From: the human T2T-CHM13v2.0 reference genome, Homo sapiens
NCBI RefSeq assembly: GCF_009914755.1
Contig: NC_060935.1
DNA length: 64,000 nucleotides
Direction: 5' to 3' (one strand)
Shown piece after piece: positions 31,473 to 48,603 of the stretch (its first letter is position 1; each line of letters opens with the position of its first letter). The notes under the pieces were generated by a model. It had not been told where the DNA came from and did not search any database. It worked only from the letters and a program-made list of their open reading frames with translations. The position numbers and the translations under genes are program-made.

Positions 31473-32544
31473 CTAGCTATCGGCCTGTCTTGGCTTTCAA
31501 CATGCCTTCCTCGTAAGTTTAATCATTTCTAGCTTTGATTTAAAGTGAAAGATGGGGGACTCTTCCTTTCACTTGAACACTTAGAGGCCATTGTAGGGTT
31601 ACTAATTGGCCTAATTTCAATATTGTTGCATTTCAGGGAATAGGCTGAAGGAAAGGAAGAGAGATGAGGGAACAGTTGGTTGGTGAAGCAGTCAGGACAC
31701 ATATAGCATTTATCAAGTTCACCATGTAATATGGGCACAGTTGTCATACTCCAAAACAATTACAGTAATAACATCAAAGATCACTGATGAAAGATCACCA
31801 TAACAGATTTAATAATAATGACAATGTTTGAGATATTGTGAGAATTAACCGAAACATGACAAAGACATGAAGTGAGCACATGCTCAGTTCAGGGTTGCCA
31901 CAAACCTTCAGTTTTGTGGCAATATCTGACAAATGCAGTAGAGCAAAGTGCAATAAAATCACATAGGCCTATATTTCTTATTGTTGCTTTCCTCTCTCCC
32001 AGGGCTAGCTTAAGTGAGACAAATGAGACAATGGTTTTGAGAGTCTTTTGTAAAAAAAATATATAGTTGTGTCATCTCTCTATATCTACATAGTAGGCAC
32101 TTTAATACTCCTAACCTACCCTGCTTTTTTACCTACAGATGTCTCAAATCTGACCATTAAATCTTCATATCCACAGCAGATAACCTTCTTCTGCTGTTAA
32201 AGTACACAGTGCAAATGCTATTCTGCTGAACATGGGCCTTGCCATCAATCCCTGTCTTTGCTTTTGATAACATTGGCTCACATTTCTCTTGGTGAAGTTT
32301 TTTACTTTGTGGGATTTTCAGTTCCTGCTCTTTCACCTTATCTTCTCATGAGTCTTTCTCATGGCCTCCCAGGACCAGACTTCTGCATGTATAACTAGCC
32401 TCCACAGAGGCCCAGCCCTACAGCCCAGTAGTACTTGGGATTCTAGCTCTTTCCTTTCTTCTAGGACAAGCATTGCCTGTGGTCATCGTCATGTTGCACT
32501 GTTTTTGATCACAGACAGTAGGCTGTTAAGCATTTTTTTTAATC

Positions 32545-32860
32545 CTATCTTTTAGAGACAACTTCTATGTTGCCTAGGCTGGTCTTGAACTCCTGGCTCA
32601 AGCAATTTTCCTATCTCAGCCTCCTGAGTAGCTACGACTACAGGTGTACACCACTGTGCCCAGCCTTTTAAATTTTAACTGTCTGTCTGTCTGTCTGTCT
32701 AGAGACGAGCCCTCTCTGCGTTGCCCAGGCGGGAGTGCAGTGGCTATTCACAGGCTTGATCATTGCATACTATAGCCTCAAACTCCTGGCCTCAAGCAAT
32801 CTTCTCACCTAAGCCTCCTGAGTAGCCGCCACTACAGGCAGGTGCCACTGAGCCCAGCAA
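32545..32860 (-). mobile_element. Two Alu monomers separated by (tgtc)n
   Basis: Two old single-arm Alu segments. Confidence 0.75.
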
Positions 32861-33769
32861 GCATTTTTTATCAGACCACACCTGTTGCATAACTTCACTA
32901 CTCAGTAGTCACACACATCCACAAACTTGTCCACTTTAACTCATTCTCTCTTTATTTCATTCTCTGACTTATTTAATTGTACAATCTTGAAGTTAGAAGA
33001 ATCATGAGCCCAATTCTTTCCCAATATAGAAATCTGTATTCTATTGGTAGTTACTGAAATCTTAGTGATTAAGAGCATGGCTTTGGAGTCAGTCAAGACC
33101 TATCATTTATTGGCTTTTTGGCCTTGGATACTTGACTCTTCTCTGTTTCATCAGCTGCAACATATAATTAATAATAGATACTACATAGTAAGAACTAAAC
33201 ATTTGTCATTTTCCATTAAGGGTCTCCTTGCACAACTCTTCAGGTGAGCACCTGATTGCTGTGGCAGCTGGTTTTTATGTGTGAATGAGATGATCTCTAC
33301 TTCTCTATAATTACCCATTGGTTTGTTCTGCCTTCTGGGGCAGTCAATCTATACAAAATGTAGATAAAATCTCTTTTTCAGAGAACTACTCTCTGAAGTA
33401 CCTGAAAGCTGTATTCATGCCCTCTGAGTAGTCTGTTTTCTGGGCTAAACAGCTTCAGTTCTTTCTGTAACTTCTTAGGGCACAGTCCTGATTTGGTTTC
33501 TGGCCCCTTGAAAATTGTGATTACTGTCGTTGGGATCTGGTCTGAGATAGCAGTGTCCTTTTTTAAAGTAGGATACTCAGAATTGAACTTGGGACTCCAA
33601 GGGTAGACAGGCCAGCTCAGCAATGAGGTGAGCTCTCCTATCTTGTATTCCCTTTAATGCAATTGAAAGTAAAATAGCACTTTCTTGGTAGCTACATAGC
33701 ACAATTGACTAATGTTGAGTAGATGGTCAGCCAAAACCTCCAAGTCTTTTTCACATTTGTTATTCTTTT

Positions 33770-34326
33770 AAAAAAAAAATTAATTGTAGTAAAATACATC
33801 TAACATAAATTTTACCATCCTAACCATTTTTAAGTGTATAGTTCAGTAGTGCCAGGTATATTCAAATTGTGCACCCAATCTTCAGAACTTTTGATTTTTC
33901 AAAACTGAAAGTCTACACCCATTAAACAGCTCCCCATTTCTCCCTCCTCAGTCCCTGGCAACCACTAATCTACTTTCTGTTTCTATAATTTTGACTACTC
34001 TAGATATCTCATATAAGTGGAATTGTATAGTGTTTGTCTTTTTGTGATGGCTTATTTCACTTATATAATGTCCTCAAGTTTCATCCATGTTGTAGCATGT
34101 ATCAGAATTTCCTTCCTATTTAAGGCTGAATAATATATCATTGTATGTATATACCATATTTTGTTTATACATTTTTTTTTTTTTTGAGGCAGGGTCTCAC
34201 TTTGTTGCCCAGGCTGGAGTGCAGTGGCATGATCATGGCTCTGCAACCTCGAACTCCTGGGCTCAAGCAATCCTCTGCCTCCTGAGTAGCTGGGACTACA
34301 AGTGTGTGCCACCATACCCAGCTAAT

Positions 34327-34365
<39 letters not shown>

Positions 34366-34800
34366 TTGTAGAAATGGGGTTTCAGTATGTTGCCCGGGCT
34401 CCATTCATCTCTTGATGGATACTTTGGTTGCTTTTGCCTGTTGGGTATTGTGAATAACATTGCTATGAATAAGGGTGTGAAAATATCTCTTTGGGACCTT
34501 GCTTTTAATTCTTTTGGACATAAACACAGAAGTGGAATTGCTGGATCACTTGGTAATTTTATATGTAATGAGAAACTGGCATGCCATTTTCCATAGTGGC
34601 TACACCATTTTATATTCCTACCAACAGTACACAGTGGTTCTAGTTTTCCACATCCCCACCGACATTTGTCATTTTCTGGTGTGTGTGTGTGGTAGCTGTC
34701 CAAATAGTTGTCAGGGTGATACCTCATTGTGTTTTTTAGTTGTATTTCCCCATTAATTAGTGATGCTGAACATGTTTTCATATGCTTGTTGGCCATTACG
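33770..34800 (-). mobile_element. L1M 3' end, interrupted by an AluJ (~34172-34400)
   Basis: The 34359-34796 ORF resembles the L1 ORF2 C-terminus ([13 protein letters not shown]...DPAIPLL). Confidence 0.88.
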
Positions 34801-34809
34801 TTTGTTCTT

Positions 34810-35130
34810 GTTTTTCTTTTTCTTTTTTTTTTCTTTTTTTTTTTTTTGAGATGGAGTCTTACTCTGTCACCCAGGCTGGAGTACAGTGGTCAACTCGGCT
34901 CACTGCAACCTCTCCCTCCTGGGTTAAAGCAATTCTCCTGCCACAGCCTCCCAAGTAGCTGGGACTACAGGTGTGTGCCACCATGCCTGGCTAATTTTTT
35001 TTGCATTTTTAGTAGAGACAGGGTTTCACCATGTTGGCCAGGCTGGTCTCAAACTCCTGACCTCAAGTAATCCACCCGCCTTGACCTCCCAAAGTACTAG
35101 GATTACAGGCATAAGCCACAGCACCTGGCC
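34810..35130 (-). mobile_element. AluS
   Basis: Full Alu with T tail. Confidence 0.9.
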
Positions 35131-37155
35131 TACATTTGTTCTTTAATCAGTTTACCCCATGCAAATTTTTAAGCCACAACCTGTTTTATCTCTGTCAAGC
35201 CTCAGCTTGTTTTATATGTCCCATTGCTCCAGCTAGTTGAGAGCATCTTAGATTCCAAGACTTTCATGCTATGTTTACTCTTTTTTCCATCTTCATGTCA
35301 ACTGTATGTTAGATATACCTGGCTCAAATAATTTTCTTCTCTCAGCCACTAAGGATGACTAAACTTCTGACTTCTCAAAAACTAGACTGCTTAATAAGTA
35401 AGCTGACTTGATCACATATCTCTGGCATGTTTAGTGTGCTCAGGGCACTCAGGTATAGAATGGGCTGTCCCAGAGATCTTGAATTCCCTGTTGAACTAGC
35501 TTAGTTCAAGGACGGAATGGTCTTTTATCCAGAAGACTGCGAGGGGACTCTTCCGTGGGATGGGAGTTAGCACTAGATAACCCTTATGGTCCATAATGGC
35601 TTAGATTTCTTTTTTGTTTTTGAAACAGGGTCTTGATCTGTCACCTAGGGTGGAGTGCAGTGATTGATCATAGCTCACTGCTGCCTCAAACTCCTGGACT
35701 TAAGTGATTCTCCTGCCTCAGACTTCCAAGTAGATAATGTAAAAATTATCTAGACCCAGATCATGTAAAAAAAAATGTTTTGTAGAGATAAGGACCCACT
35801 ATGTTGCCCAAGTTGATCTCAAACTCCTGGCCTCAGGCAAATGGCTCTGAGAGTCTATGATCTGCGCCTGCTTAATCTGTTTTGTCCATTTATACAGAAA
35901 TTAATTTTTTAAATTTATTTTTTGTTTTAGGTAGTTAATACATTTCATATAGCTGAAAAATAAAAAAAGTATAAAAAGATATATATCTCATTTCCATTCC
36001 CCTACCTCTTATAGGCAATCACTATTGTTTCTTGTTATCTCTTCAGTGCTGCTTCATGCAGTAGCAAAGCAAAGAAGTATGTACTCTTAATAGCCCTTTT
36101 AAAAACTTTTAAAAATGTGAAGTGATAACATATACAGAAAACATAAAACATAAATGTCAAATGCACAAAACATAAATGTCAGCTCAATGAGCCCTTATGA
36201 CAAAGCCAACACTTGTGGACTCATATATAGAACTCACAACTAATATTCCAAGAAATAGAATGTCGTCAGCATCTGAGAAGCTTCTCTTATGGCCCCACCC
36301 TCCTTCCCAAAGGAGAAGTTGATTATATTAAGTTGATTTATAGCCCTAGAGTTTAGTTTTGCTTATTTTTAATCTACGTATTCTTTTGGTATGGCTTTTG
36401 TTCAGTATTCTTGAGATTTATCCAAATTGTTGTGTGTAACCCTAATTTGTTTTTCATTGTTACATAGTATTCTATCGTATGAACATACCACAATTAAGTG
36501 ATCCATTTTATTGTTGTTGGATACTTGGGTTAGTTATTATAAGTATAGATTATACTGCTGTGAATATTCTTATACATGTTTTTGGTACTGCGGGCATACA
36601 TTTTGTTGGGTATGTAGCTAGGAGTGGAATTACTGGCTCATGTGGTATGTGTATGTTCTACCTCAATAGATAATGTCAACCAGTTTTCTAGAGTGATGGT
36701 TTTAAGGGTTGTTCTGCCTCAGTTCCATCCTTATTCCTTGGATTTGGCCCTTTAAGGTTCCATCTCAAATTACATGACAGTTTACCAGGCCTTCAAGTTT
36801 TGTCCTTCTGCTCCATAAGGTTGTCAAATGACTTGCTCAGCTTCTCAGCCTTTCAGTTACTTCTTTGAGAATTAGTAGGATACCCTAAGGGAAAAAGGGA
36901 CCAGCCAACCTCTCTGAAAGAACTTAGCCTGTCATTCTTCATTCTCTTGTTTGCTCTCTGGTGCTTTCAGATATTTTGTTTTTGTTTAAATATTTTATCT
37001 ATCTTTTCAAGTTCTCAGTGGAAGGATTGGTCTAATTATTTAGTTTGCTGTAACCAGAAGTCCCTTTCCTCCACATTTCTGATGCAAAAGGTAGCATACT
37101 ACATACACTATTCTGTATTTTGCTTTCTTTATTTAAGAATAAATTATGAAAATCA

Positions 37156-37448
37156 GGCCAGGCTCGGTGGCTCACGCCTGTAATCCCAGCATTTTGAGAG
37201 GCTGAGGCAGGCGGATCACCTGAGGTGAGGAGTTTCAGACCAGCCTGGCCAACATGGTGAAACCCCGTCTCTACTAAAAATAAAAAAATTAGCTGGACGT
37301 GGTGGTGCAAGCCTGTAATCCCAGCTACTGAGGAGATTGAGGCGTGAGAACCACTTGAACTCGGGAGGCAGAGATTGCAGTGAGCTGAGATGACACCACT
37401 GCACTGCAGCCTGGTTGACAGAGAGACTCCATCTCAAAAAAAAAAAAA
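37156..37448 (+). mobile_element. AluS
   Basis: Full Alu; aaattatg(a/g)aaatc repeated on both sides. Confidence 0.9.
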
Positions 37449-38961
37449 TTATGGAAATCTTTCCATATCACTATATATGGAAAAAAGGTCTTCCCCCATG
37501 TATTGCATGTTCATTTCACCCATTCTGTATTGACGAATATTTGAGTTGTTTGTAGTATTCTGCTACTTCAAGCAATGCTACATTTGAATAATCTTATACA
37601 TACTTAATTTGATGAGCAGATATATCTTAGGATGAATTCCCAGAATTGGGCATGATGGGAAAGGATAAATGTATTTGTAATTTTGATATATGTCCTACAT
37701 ACAGGTTGAACCATTTGCACTTCAATCCATATATGAAAGTGCCAGTTTCTTCACATTTGCCAACACAGTATTGTCAAGCTTTATGATTTTGCTAATTTGA
37801 TAGATGTAAAGTGTTATGTCAATTTAGTTATTTTGTTTTATTTTTATTTTTAGAGATGGGGTTTTGCCATGTTGCCCAGACTGGTCTCAAACTCCTGGAC
37901 TCAAGCTATTCTAAAGTGCTGGGATTACAGCATGAGCCACTGTGCCTGGCCATTGTCAGTTTCGTTTTAATTTGCATTTCTCTCTTATGAGTGAAGCTGA
38001 ACTTTTTTTTCTCTTTCTGTGAGTTGTCTGATCTTGCCCTTTGCCCATTTCTGTTGGATTCCTGGAAATTTTCTTACCAATTTCTACTATTGTTTTGAAA
38101 ATATGTTAGGGAGATTAGACCTTTCTTTATTTGCAATATGTCTGATTAGGCATTATCTCATTGTATCCTTATAATAACTCCTCTGTGAGGATGTTATTAA
38201 ATTTTCCATTTAACTGATAAAGAAATTGAGGTAAAGTAAGATTAAGTAACTTGCCCATAGTCACAAAATAAGTGATGAAAGCATGGTTTGAACTAGGTGT
38301 CTCTGAATCTATGCTTGAGCTTTCAACAAAAGTTATGAATTGCCTTCCCAGTGTAGTACAGGAGGGAAAAAAATTTGTCTTAAATTTCCTTTTATTTGCT
38401 TAAAATTTGTGTATTTGTTTGCCTTGCTTTTCTTTTCTTCCTTTTCTTTTTTCTTTCTTTCCTTTCCTTTCTTTTTTTTTTCTTTCTTTCTTTCTTTGTA
38501 AAAATATTTAGCACCTATTATGTACCAGGGGCTGGAGAATCAATATTAGTAACCAATAGTATAAGCCCTGAAAAGGCTCATAGTCTAGAAAAGGAAGACA
38601 GTCATAAAAAGTTACAATGTTATACAATAAATGTATTAGGGGAGGAAAGTGAGTTTCATGGAAGGCTTTATAAAGGAGGTGACTTTTGAGTTGGGTATGG
38701 AGGATGATTTGGAAGTCTAGATGAAATGAGGAATAGCATTCCAGACAGAGGAGACAGCTTGTACAACATTTAGCATTGTCTCTTTCCAGCTTTGTAAGTT
38801 ATCCTGTAATATCCGAGAATTTAGTGAGTAGTTAGGCCTTCGTGATTTTATAGATTTCAATATCATTTATTTCTTATTTATGAAAAATACTAATACTTTT
38901 AATGAGCTTCATGTTTTCCTATTAGTATCTCACTCCTACTTTCTCCCTTCTCCTTGTCTAG

Positions 38962-40041
38962 TGGGGGCCCCTGAAGCCACTGATGGAAGCCACACTACCG
39001 GGGCATCGGACCATGAACCCCTGTCCTGTATGGGAGCAGAAGAGTGGTTGTGTGTTCCTGTTCTTCATCTGTGTGCGGGGCCATGTCACAGAGCGTCAAC
39101 AGATTGTGTCAGGCAGGAATGCTGCCCGCCTTTGCTTCATCTACAGTCAGGATGCTGGATGTTCATGGAGTGAGGTGAGGGACTTGACTGAGGAGGTCAT
39201 TGGCTCAGAGCTGAAGCACTGGGCCACATTTGCTGTGGGCCCAGGTCATGGCATCCAGCTGCAGTCAGGGAGACTGGTCATCCCTGCGTATACCTACTAC
39301 ATCCCTTCCTGGTTCTTTTGCTTCCAGCTACCATGTAAAACCAGGCCTCATTCTCTGATGATCTACAGTGATGACCTAGGGGTCACATGGCACCATGGTA
39401 GACTCATTAGGCCCATGGTTACAGTAGAATGTGAAGTGGCAGAGGTGACTGGGAGGGCTGGCCACCCTGTGCTATATTGCAGTGCCCGGACACCAAACAG
39501 GTGCCGGGCAGAGGCGCTCAGCACTGACCATGGTGAAGGCTTTCAGAGACTGGCCCTGAGTCGACAGCTCTGTGAGCCCCCACATGGTTGCCAAGGGAGT
39601 GTGGTAAGTTTCCGGCCCCTGGAGATCCCACATAGGTGCCAGGACTCTAGCAGCAAAGATGCACCCACCATTCAGCAGAGCTCTCCAGGCAGTTCACTGA
39701 GGCTGGAGGAGGAAGCTGGAACACCGTCAGAATCATGGCTCTTGTACTCACACCCAACCAGTAGGAAACAGAGGGTTGACCTAGGTATCTATCTCAACCA
39801 GACCCCCTTGGAGGCTGCCTGCTGGTCCCGCCCCTGGATCTTGCACTGTGGGCCCTGTGGCTACTCTGATCTGGCTGCTCTGGAGGAGGAGGGCTTGTTT
39901 GGGTGTTTGTTTGAATGTGGGACCAAGCAAGAGTGTGAGCAGATTGCCTTCCGCCTGTTTACACACCGGGAGATCCTGAGTCACCTGCAGGGGGACTGCA
40001 CCAGCCCTGGTAGGAACCCAAGCCAATTCAAAAGCAATTAA
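38962..40041 (+). CDS. NEU3: Sialidase-3 last coding exon; spliced CDS is 461 aa (428 aa from Met34)
   Basis: ctag|TGG GGG CCC; Asp boxes SQDAGCSW, SDDLGVTW, STDHGEGF; VGPG; GYSDL; TAA 40039-40041; exons of 94+212+1080 nt give 461 codons plus stop. Confidence 0.98.
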   Translation, partial: WGPLKPLMEATLPGHRTMNPCPVWEQKSGCVFLFFICVRGHVTERQQIVSGRNAARLCFIYSQDAGCSWSEVRDLTEEVIGSELKHWATFAVGPGHGIQLQSGRLVIPAYTYYIPSWFFCFQLPCKTRPHSLMIYSDDLGVTWHHGRLIRPMVTVECEVAEVTGRAGHPVLYCSARTPNRCRAEALSTDHGEGFQRLALSRQLCEPPHGCQGSVVSFRPLEIPHRCQDSSSKDAPTIQQSSPGSSLRLEEEAGTPSESWLLYSHPTSRKQRVDLGIYLNQTPLEAACWSRPWILHCGPCGYSDLAALEEEGLFGCLFECGTKQECEQIAFRLFTHREILSHLQGDCTSPGRNPSQFKSN

Positions 40042-44460
<4,419 letters not shown>

Positions 44461-45384
44461 TTGTTTTTTTTTTCTTAAACTATAAGATGACTATTATACT
44501 AATATCTAGTTTGTACCCAACTTGTTTTAAAAAATGAATTTGAGGCAATTTCTTGGTTTTTCATAAGAACTTTTACTCTCAGAAACTTTACTAATGATAA
44601 TCCTTTGCACTTTTACACATTGTTATTTGAACTTAATTACCTATTAAGGGAAGCAGAGCAGGGATTACAATGCCTGCTTACGGAATACAATGTCATACAC
44701 TAGCTTTTAAGAGGAGGAGCCAGAGGTACAGAGTCACCACTGACAGCAGTGCTGGTGCTTGCCACTGCATATCTTACCCTTTTTTCAAAACACCTTGAGA
44801 TTATTCTCAACTTGTAGCTGAAGGGGCCACAAATATTTATTAACAGCCAAATCAAGTGGAATGATAGCTTTAACTTAACTGCTAATTTTTACTTGACTTT
44901 GTTTGTTCCATTGAGACGTTTAAGGCACTACTGAATTTGGCCAAATTTTTCAGCATAACTCCTTAAGCTCTGTCAGTAGGTCAGTCTGCTCTCTTAATTT
45001 CACTATTGGAAAGCTTTCAGGCTGGGCATGGTGGTTCATACCTGCAATCCCAGCACTTTTGGAAAGCTGAATCACAGAAAAACATCCTTGGCTGGTGGAG
45101 AATGCCTGTGTCAGTAGAAAACTGAAAGAAGGGAGCCAGGCAGAAACTGATAAGGGTTGAGAGGCGGCAAGAGTCCTGATGATAGCCAGTAGGGTCCTTC
45201 ACTGTTGTGGGAACCAGTGACCCACCAGCCTTTATTTCTTAAGCTAGCTTGAATTAGACATATCTATATATGTAGCTTGCAACCAAAAGAATTTAAGTAC
45301 CCATCCTCACAGAAACTTGATTAATTGGTACCTAAACTTGTTAGTCACTACCTGGAACTGAAATGTAAGCCATGAGGAGTTAAC

Positions 45385-46503
45385 TTTTTTTTTTTCCTAA
45401 GTTTGCATGCACTCTCTTGCCTCTATTGCCTCAAGAAGCCTTGATAGAATCCCCACTTGCTCATTGCCTGGCTTGGGTGTTACAGCTACCTTGATCTCCT
45501 CTTTGGTTACGTTGTATGCAGTTTGTAATCCATCTTCGTCCTCTTTGCTTATAAGTGCCTTCTTGAGGGGTGGCTTTGAGACTGCTTCATCAACATCATG
45601 ATCTGGCAGTTTTGACAAAGATTCCTTGGTTGATTGATAGTCCCTGAGTGACGTGTCCAGTTTCCGTCTGCATGCATTTACAGCCATGCAGAGGTTTGGG
45701 GACTTAGCGGGTGGTAATTCCTCACATCCTCGTAGCCTAAATACTTTGAGGAAAGGAAATAGTTCCTCACCATTTTCCTCAATCAGGCATCTTCTGACCA
45801 TCAGGAACCTCATGATGTCATGACCTACTCCAGTCAACAAAGCTGCATGGTTGAAACCTTCCTCAATGAACCTATGCATTGTCACATATGGTGTCATTTC
45901 AGAAAATGTGGCAATGAGTTTAAATTGGCTTATAAAGGTACACGGGGTCATCCGTAGGCTTGGGTGAGCATCAAGTTTAAAACGAAAGTATGTGATTTTG
46001 ATGTCAAGGCCTTTGCGTGCTAACCATGATGCAGCCTCTTTAAAGTCACACACAGGATCTGGATCGACTGACAGAGACACCTCCAGGCCTGACGGTAGAT
46101 AGTAGAGTATTAAACCTTTTGGCGATTTGTCGCATTGGATTGCCACTCAGCTTGCACACAATGTAATATATCAGAAGACAGCTTTAGCGACTTTGCACTT
46201 GTGTTGAAGTTGCTCATTTTGTTCCAGTCAGCCATGAACCATGGAGCATTTTGACCCTCTTTTCCCAAGACTGATCTGTCTGGAGTAATGAATTCTTTAA
46301 GCTCTGGAACGAGGGTATAAAGTTGATCAAAAGTAGCAACGAGCACTGTGATAGTAACTGACACAGTACCTCCCAAAGTGAGAGAGTTTGCTTTTGGAAT
46401 TGAAGGAAGAGCTGTGCAACAGGCAGCGTACACATCTTAAGTGAGGCAACACAATCACAGGTTGATCACCTTCGCTATGTTCTAGTGGCATGTTTGCAGG
46501 TTC
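45385..46503 (-). pseudogene. Endogenous bornavirus-like nucleoprotein element (EBLN); frameshifted 5' part, open 3' frame 46146-45397
   Basis: Collinear motifs versus recalled BoDV-1 N: LYTLVPEL~LCLLIPGL, QIAKRFNT~QIKKRFKT, EAASW~EAIDW, FISQFKLIATFSEMTPYVT~FMDQIKLVASYAQMTTYTT, IMRFLMV~IRDFLEV, ELFPFL~DLFPFL, LPPAKSPNL~LAPRSFPNL; ATG 46491 to TAG 45397 spans ~364 codons; A11 follows the stop. Confidence 0.92.
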
Positions 46504-48145
46504 CAATCACTAGGAGCTTTAATGGCTTTGTTAACCTGTTGGTGATGTCGCATGAAGATTGTCTGACAAATTACTTTAAATACTAAAGTTTGATAAACAG
46601 TATTACCTAACAGTACATTACCAGGAGAGACATTGGGCTAGAACAGAGAGAGAACTGGACTAGGAGGAGCCAGGAGTTCAAGGTCCTTGTCCTAGAGCTT
46701 GTCAGTGACCTGATGGATGACTTTGTGCAAGTCACTGGCCCTCCTGGGAACCAGTTGATTCAGCTCTATCATGAGCACAAGCCTTGCCCAGCCCCCTCAC
46801 CAGAGAGTGGTGTAGATCTGATGAGTCAGTGAATCCTCAAAAGGGTTTAGAAAACAGTGAAGTGTTGTGTCAATAGGAAGAAGATAAATTGCCATCCTCC
46901 CTTTGATCTCCATTATCCTTCAGCACTGGCAAGATTTGACTGTTGGATGCTAAGAATGAGAGTGATGCAGAAAGAGGGGAGGAAGGCAGGGCCCACTGAG
47001 GAGGGAACTCCAAGGTGGACGACCGTCATGCCTTGCCTCAGTCCATCCTTAGCAACTGCAGGCCTGATGATTTTCACCAACCTTCTGACTGTGCCCCAGA
47101 CTTTTTGCTCCCCTGCTATGAGGAACAACCCAGCCTGGGTATGGAAGAGGGAAATCTCAGCCCCAAGTAGTTGGGAAGGGACTTGGTCTGAGTGGTCTCT
47201 GTCCTCTGCCCACCACAAGGCCAGGTATATTACAGTATAGGAAGAAGAGTACAAGGGAAATAACATTTGTAAAGTGCCTACTATGTACTTTGGGTTATAC
47301 ATACATTCTCTCGCTTAATTCAGCAAGCCTGTTTAGAGTTAGGAAAGCTGAGATTCAGCAAGGTTACACAATACATTCCAATGTCACACAACCAGTAAGT
47401 GTGACAAAAACCTCTGTTTTTGTCGTATAGCAAAGAAGAGGCAGAACTGAGGGGCAATGTTTACCTTGCAGGTTGATATGAGGCAAAGATAGTGCCTCTT
47501 AAGTCCTTGGAACATGGTGGACATTCAGCAGCTGGTAAGAGGCAGCTGATGAGGCAACTGTAATAATGTATCTTACAGTGCACTAGAGTCGCCTCTCAAA
47601 CCAAAGGTTTCCCCCTTCCATTTTATCCAAGAGAAATGCATTCATTTCTCTCCTTGGAAGCCCAGACCTAGCTGGAGATTATTTTCCAGTGCCCCCAAGC
47701 TTCAGATCAGATGGCTTCCAAGACTCAGAGTCATCCTAAACATAGTTTCTGTTGTCACCAACTAGGAATAGAATCAGAAATGAGAACCTGGATTCTCTTA
47801 AGATGTAAACAGAACTTGATAGCAGATGAAGCTGACTTAGTGCCAGAGGCCTCAGACACGAGGCAGATCTCTGAGTCACAAGTTGGAGATAGATTCTGTT
47901 TGGGACTACAGCCAGTAACCCTGTCTCTGCCTTTCCCCACTATGGGGCAGTCTCTGAAGCTGTACCCAGTGACTAGGTCTCAGCCCACCATTGCAATGTG
48001 GATGTTCCTTCACACATCATCCCTAATCCTCACAACAGCCAAAGAAGCAAGGCATTGTCCCCAACCTGCAAATCAGGAAACTGAGCCCTGGAAAGATTGA
48101 GTCACTTGGGAAAATATAGGTTTTTCATCTGTAAAAACTAGAATA

Positions 48146-48435
48146 GGCTGGGCATGGTAGCTCATGCCTGTAATCCCAGCACTTTGGGAGGCAAAGGTAG
48201 GTGAGGAGTTCAAGACCAGCCTGGGCAACATGGTGAAACCCTGTCTCAACAAAAAAATACAAAAATTAGCCAGGTGTAGGGGCACGCACCTGTAGTCCCA
48301 GCTACTCGAGAGGCTGAGGTGGGAGGACCACGTGAGGCCCAGGAGGTTGAGGCTGCTGTGAGCTGTGATCGCGCCATTGCACTCCAACCTGGGCAACAGA
48401 GTGAGACCCTGCCTCAAAAAAAGAAAAAAAGAATA
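48146..48435 (+). mobile_element. AluJ inside a MIR
   Basis: Alu sequence with A tail; MIR core on both sides. Confidence 0.85.
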
Positions 48436-48603
48436 ATAAAAATACCTTTTATCTCTGAGTCACAAGTTGCAGATAGATAAAACTTTTTTAGATAAAAGTT
48501 TAAACCTTTGGCACATAGAAGATGTTCAAAACATGGGAGCTGCCCTGATTATTATTTTTTCCTACAGTAATCATACTAGCCCATAATGTGTGCGCAATGT
48601 GTA

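Noticed and set aside
45366-46580. Candidate TSDs for the EBLN (catga(g/a)ga.t, gttaac, t.acttt)
   Set aside because: Matches are short and mutually inconsistent; no TSD can be claimed.
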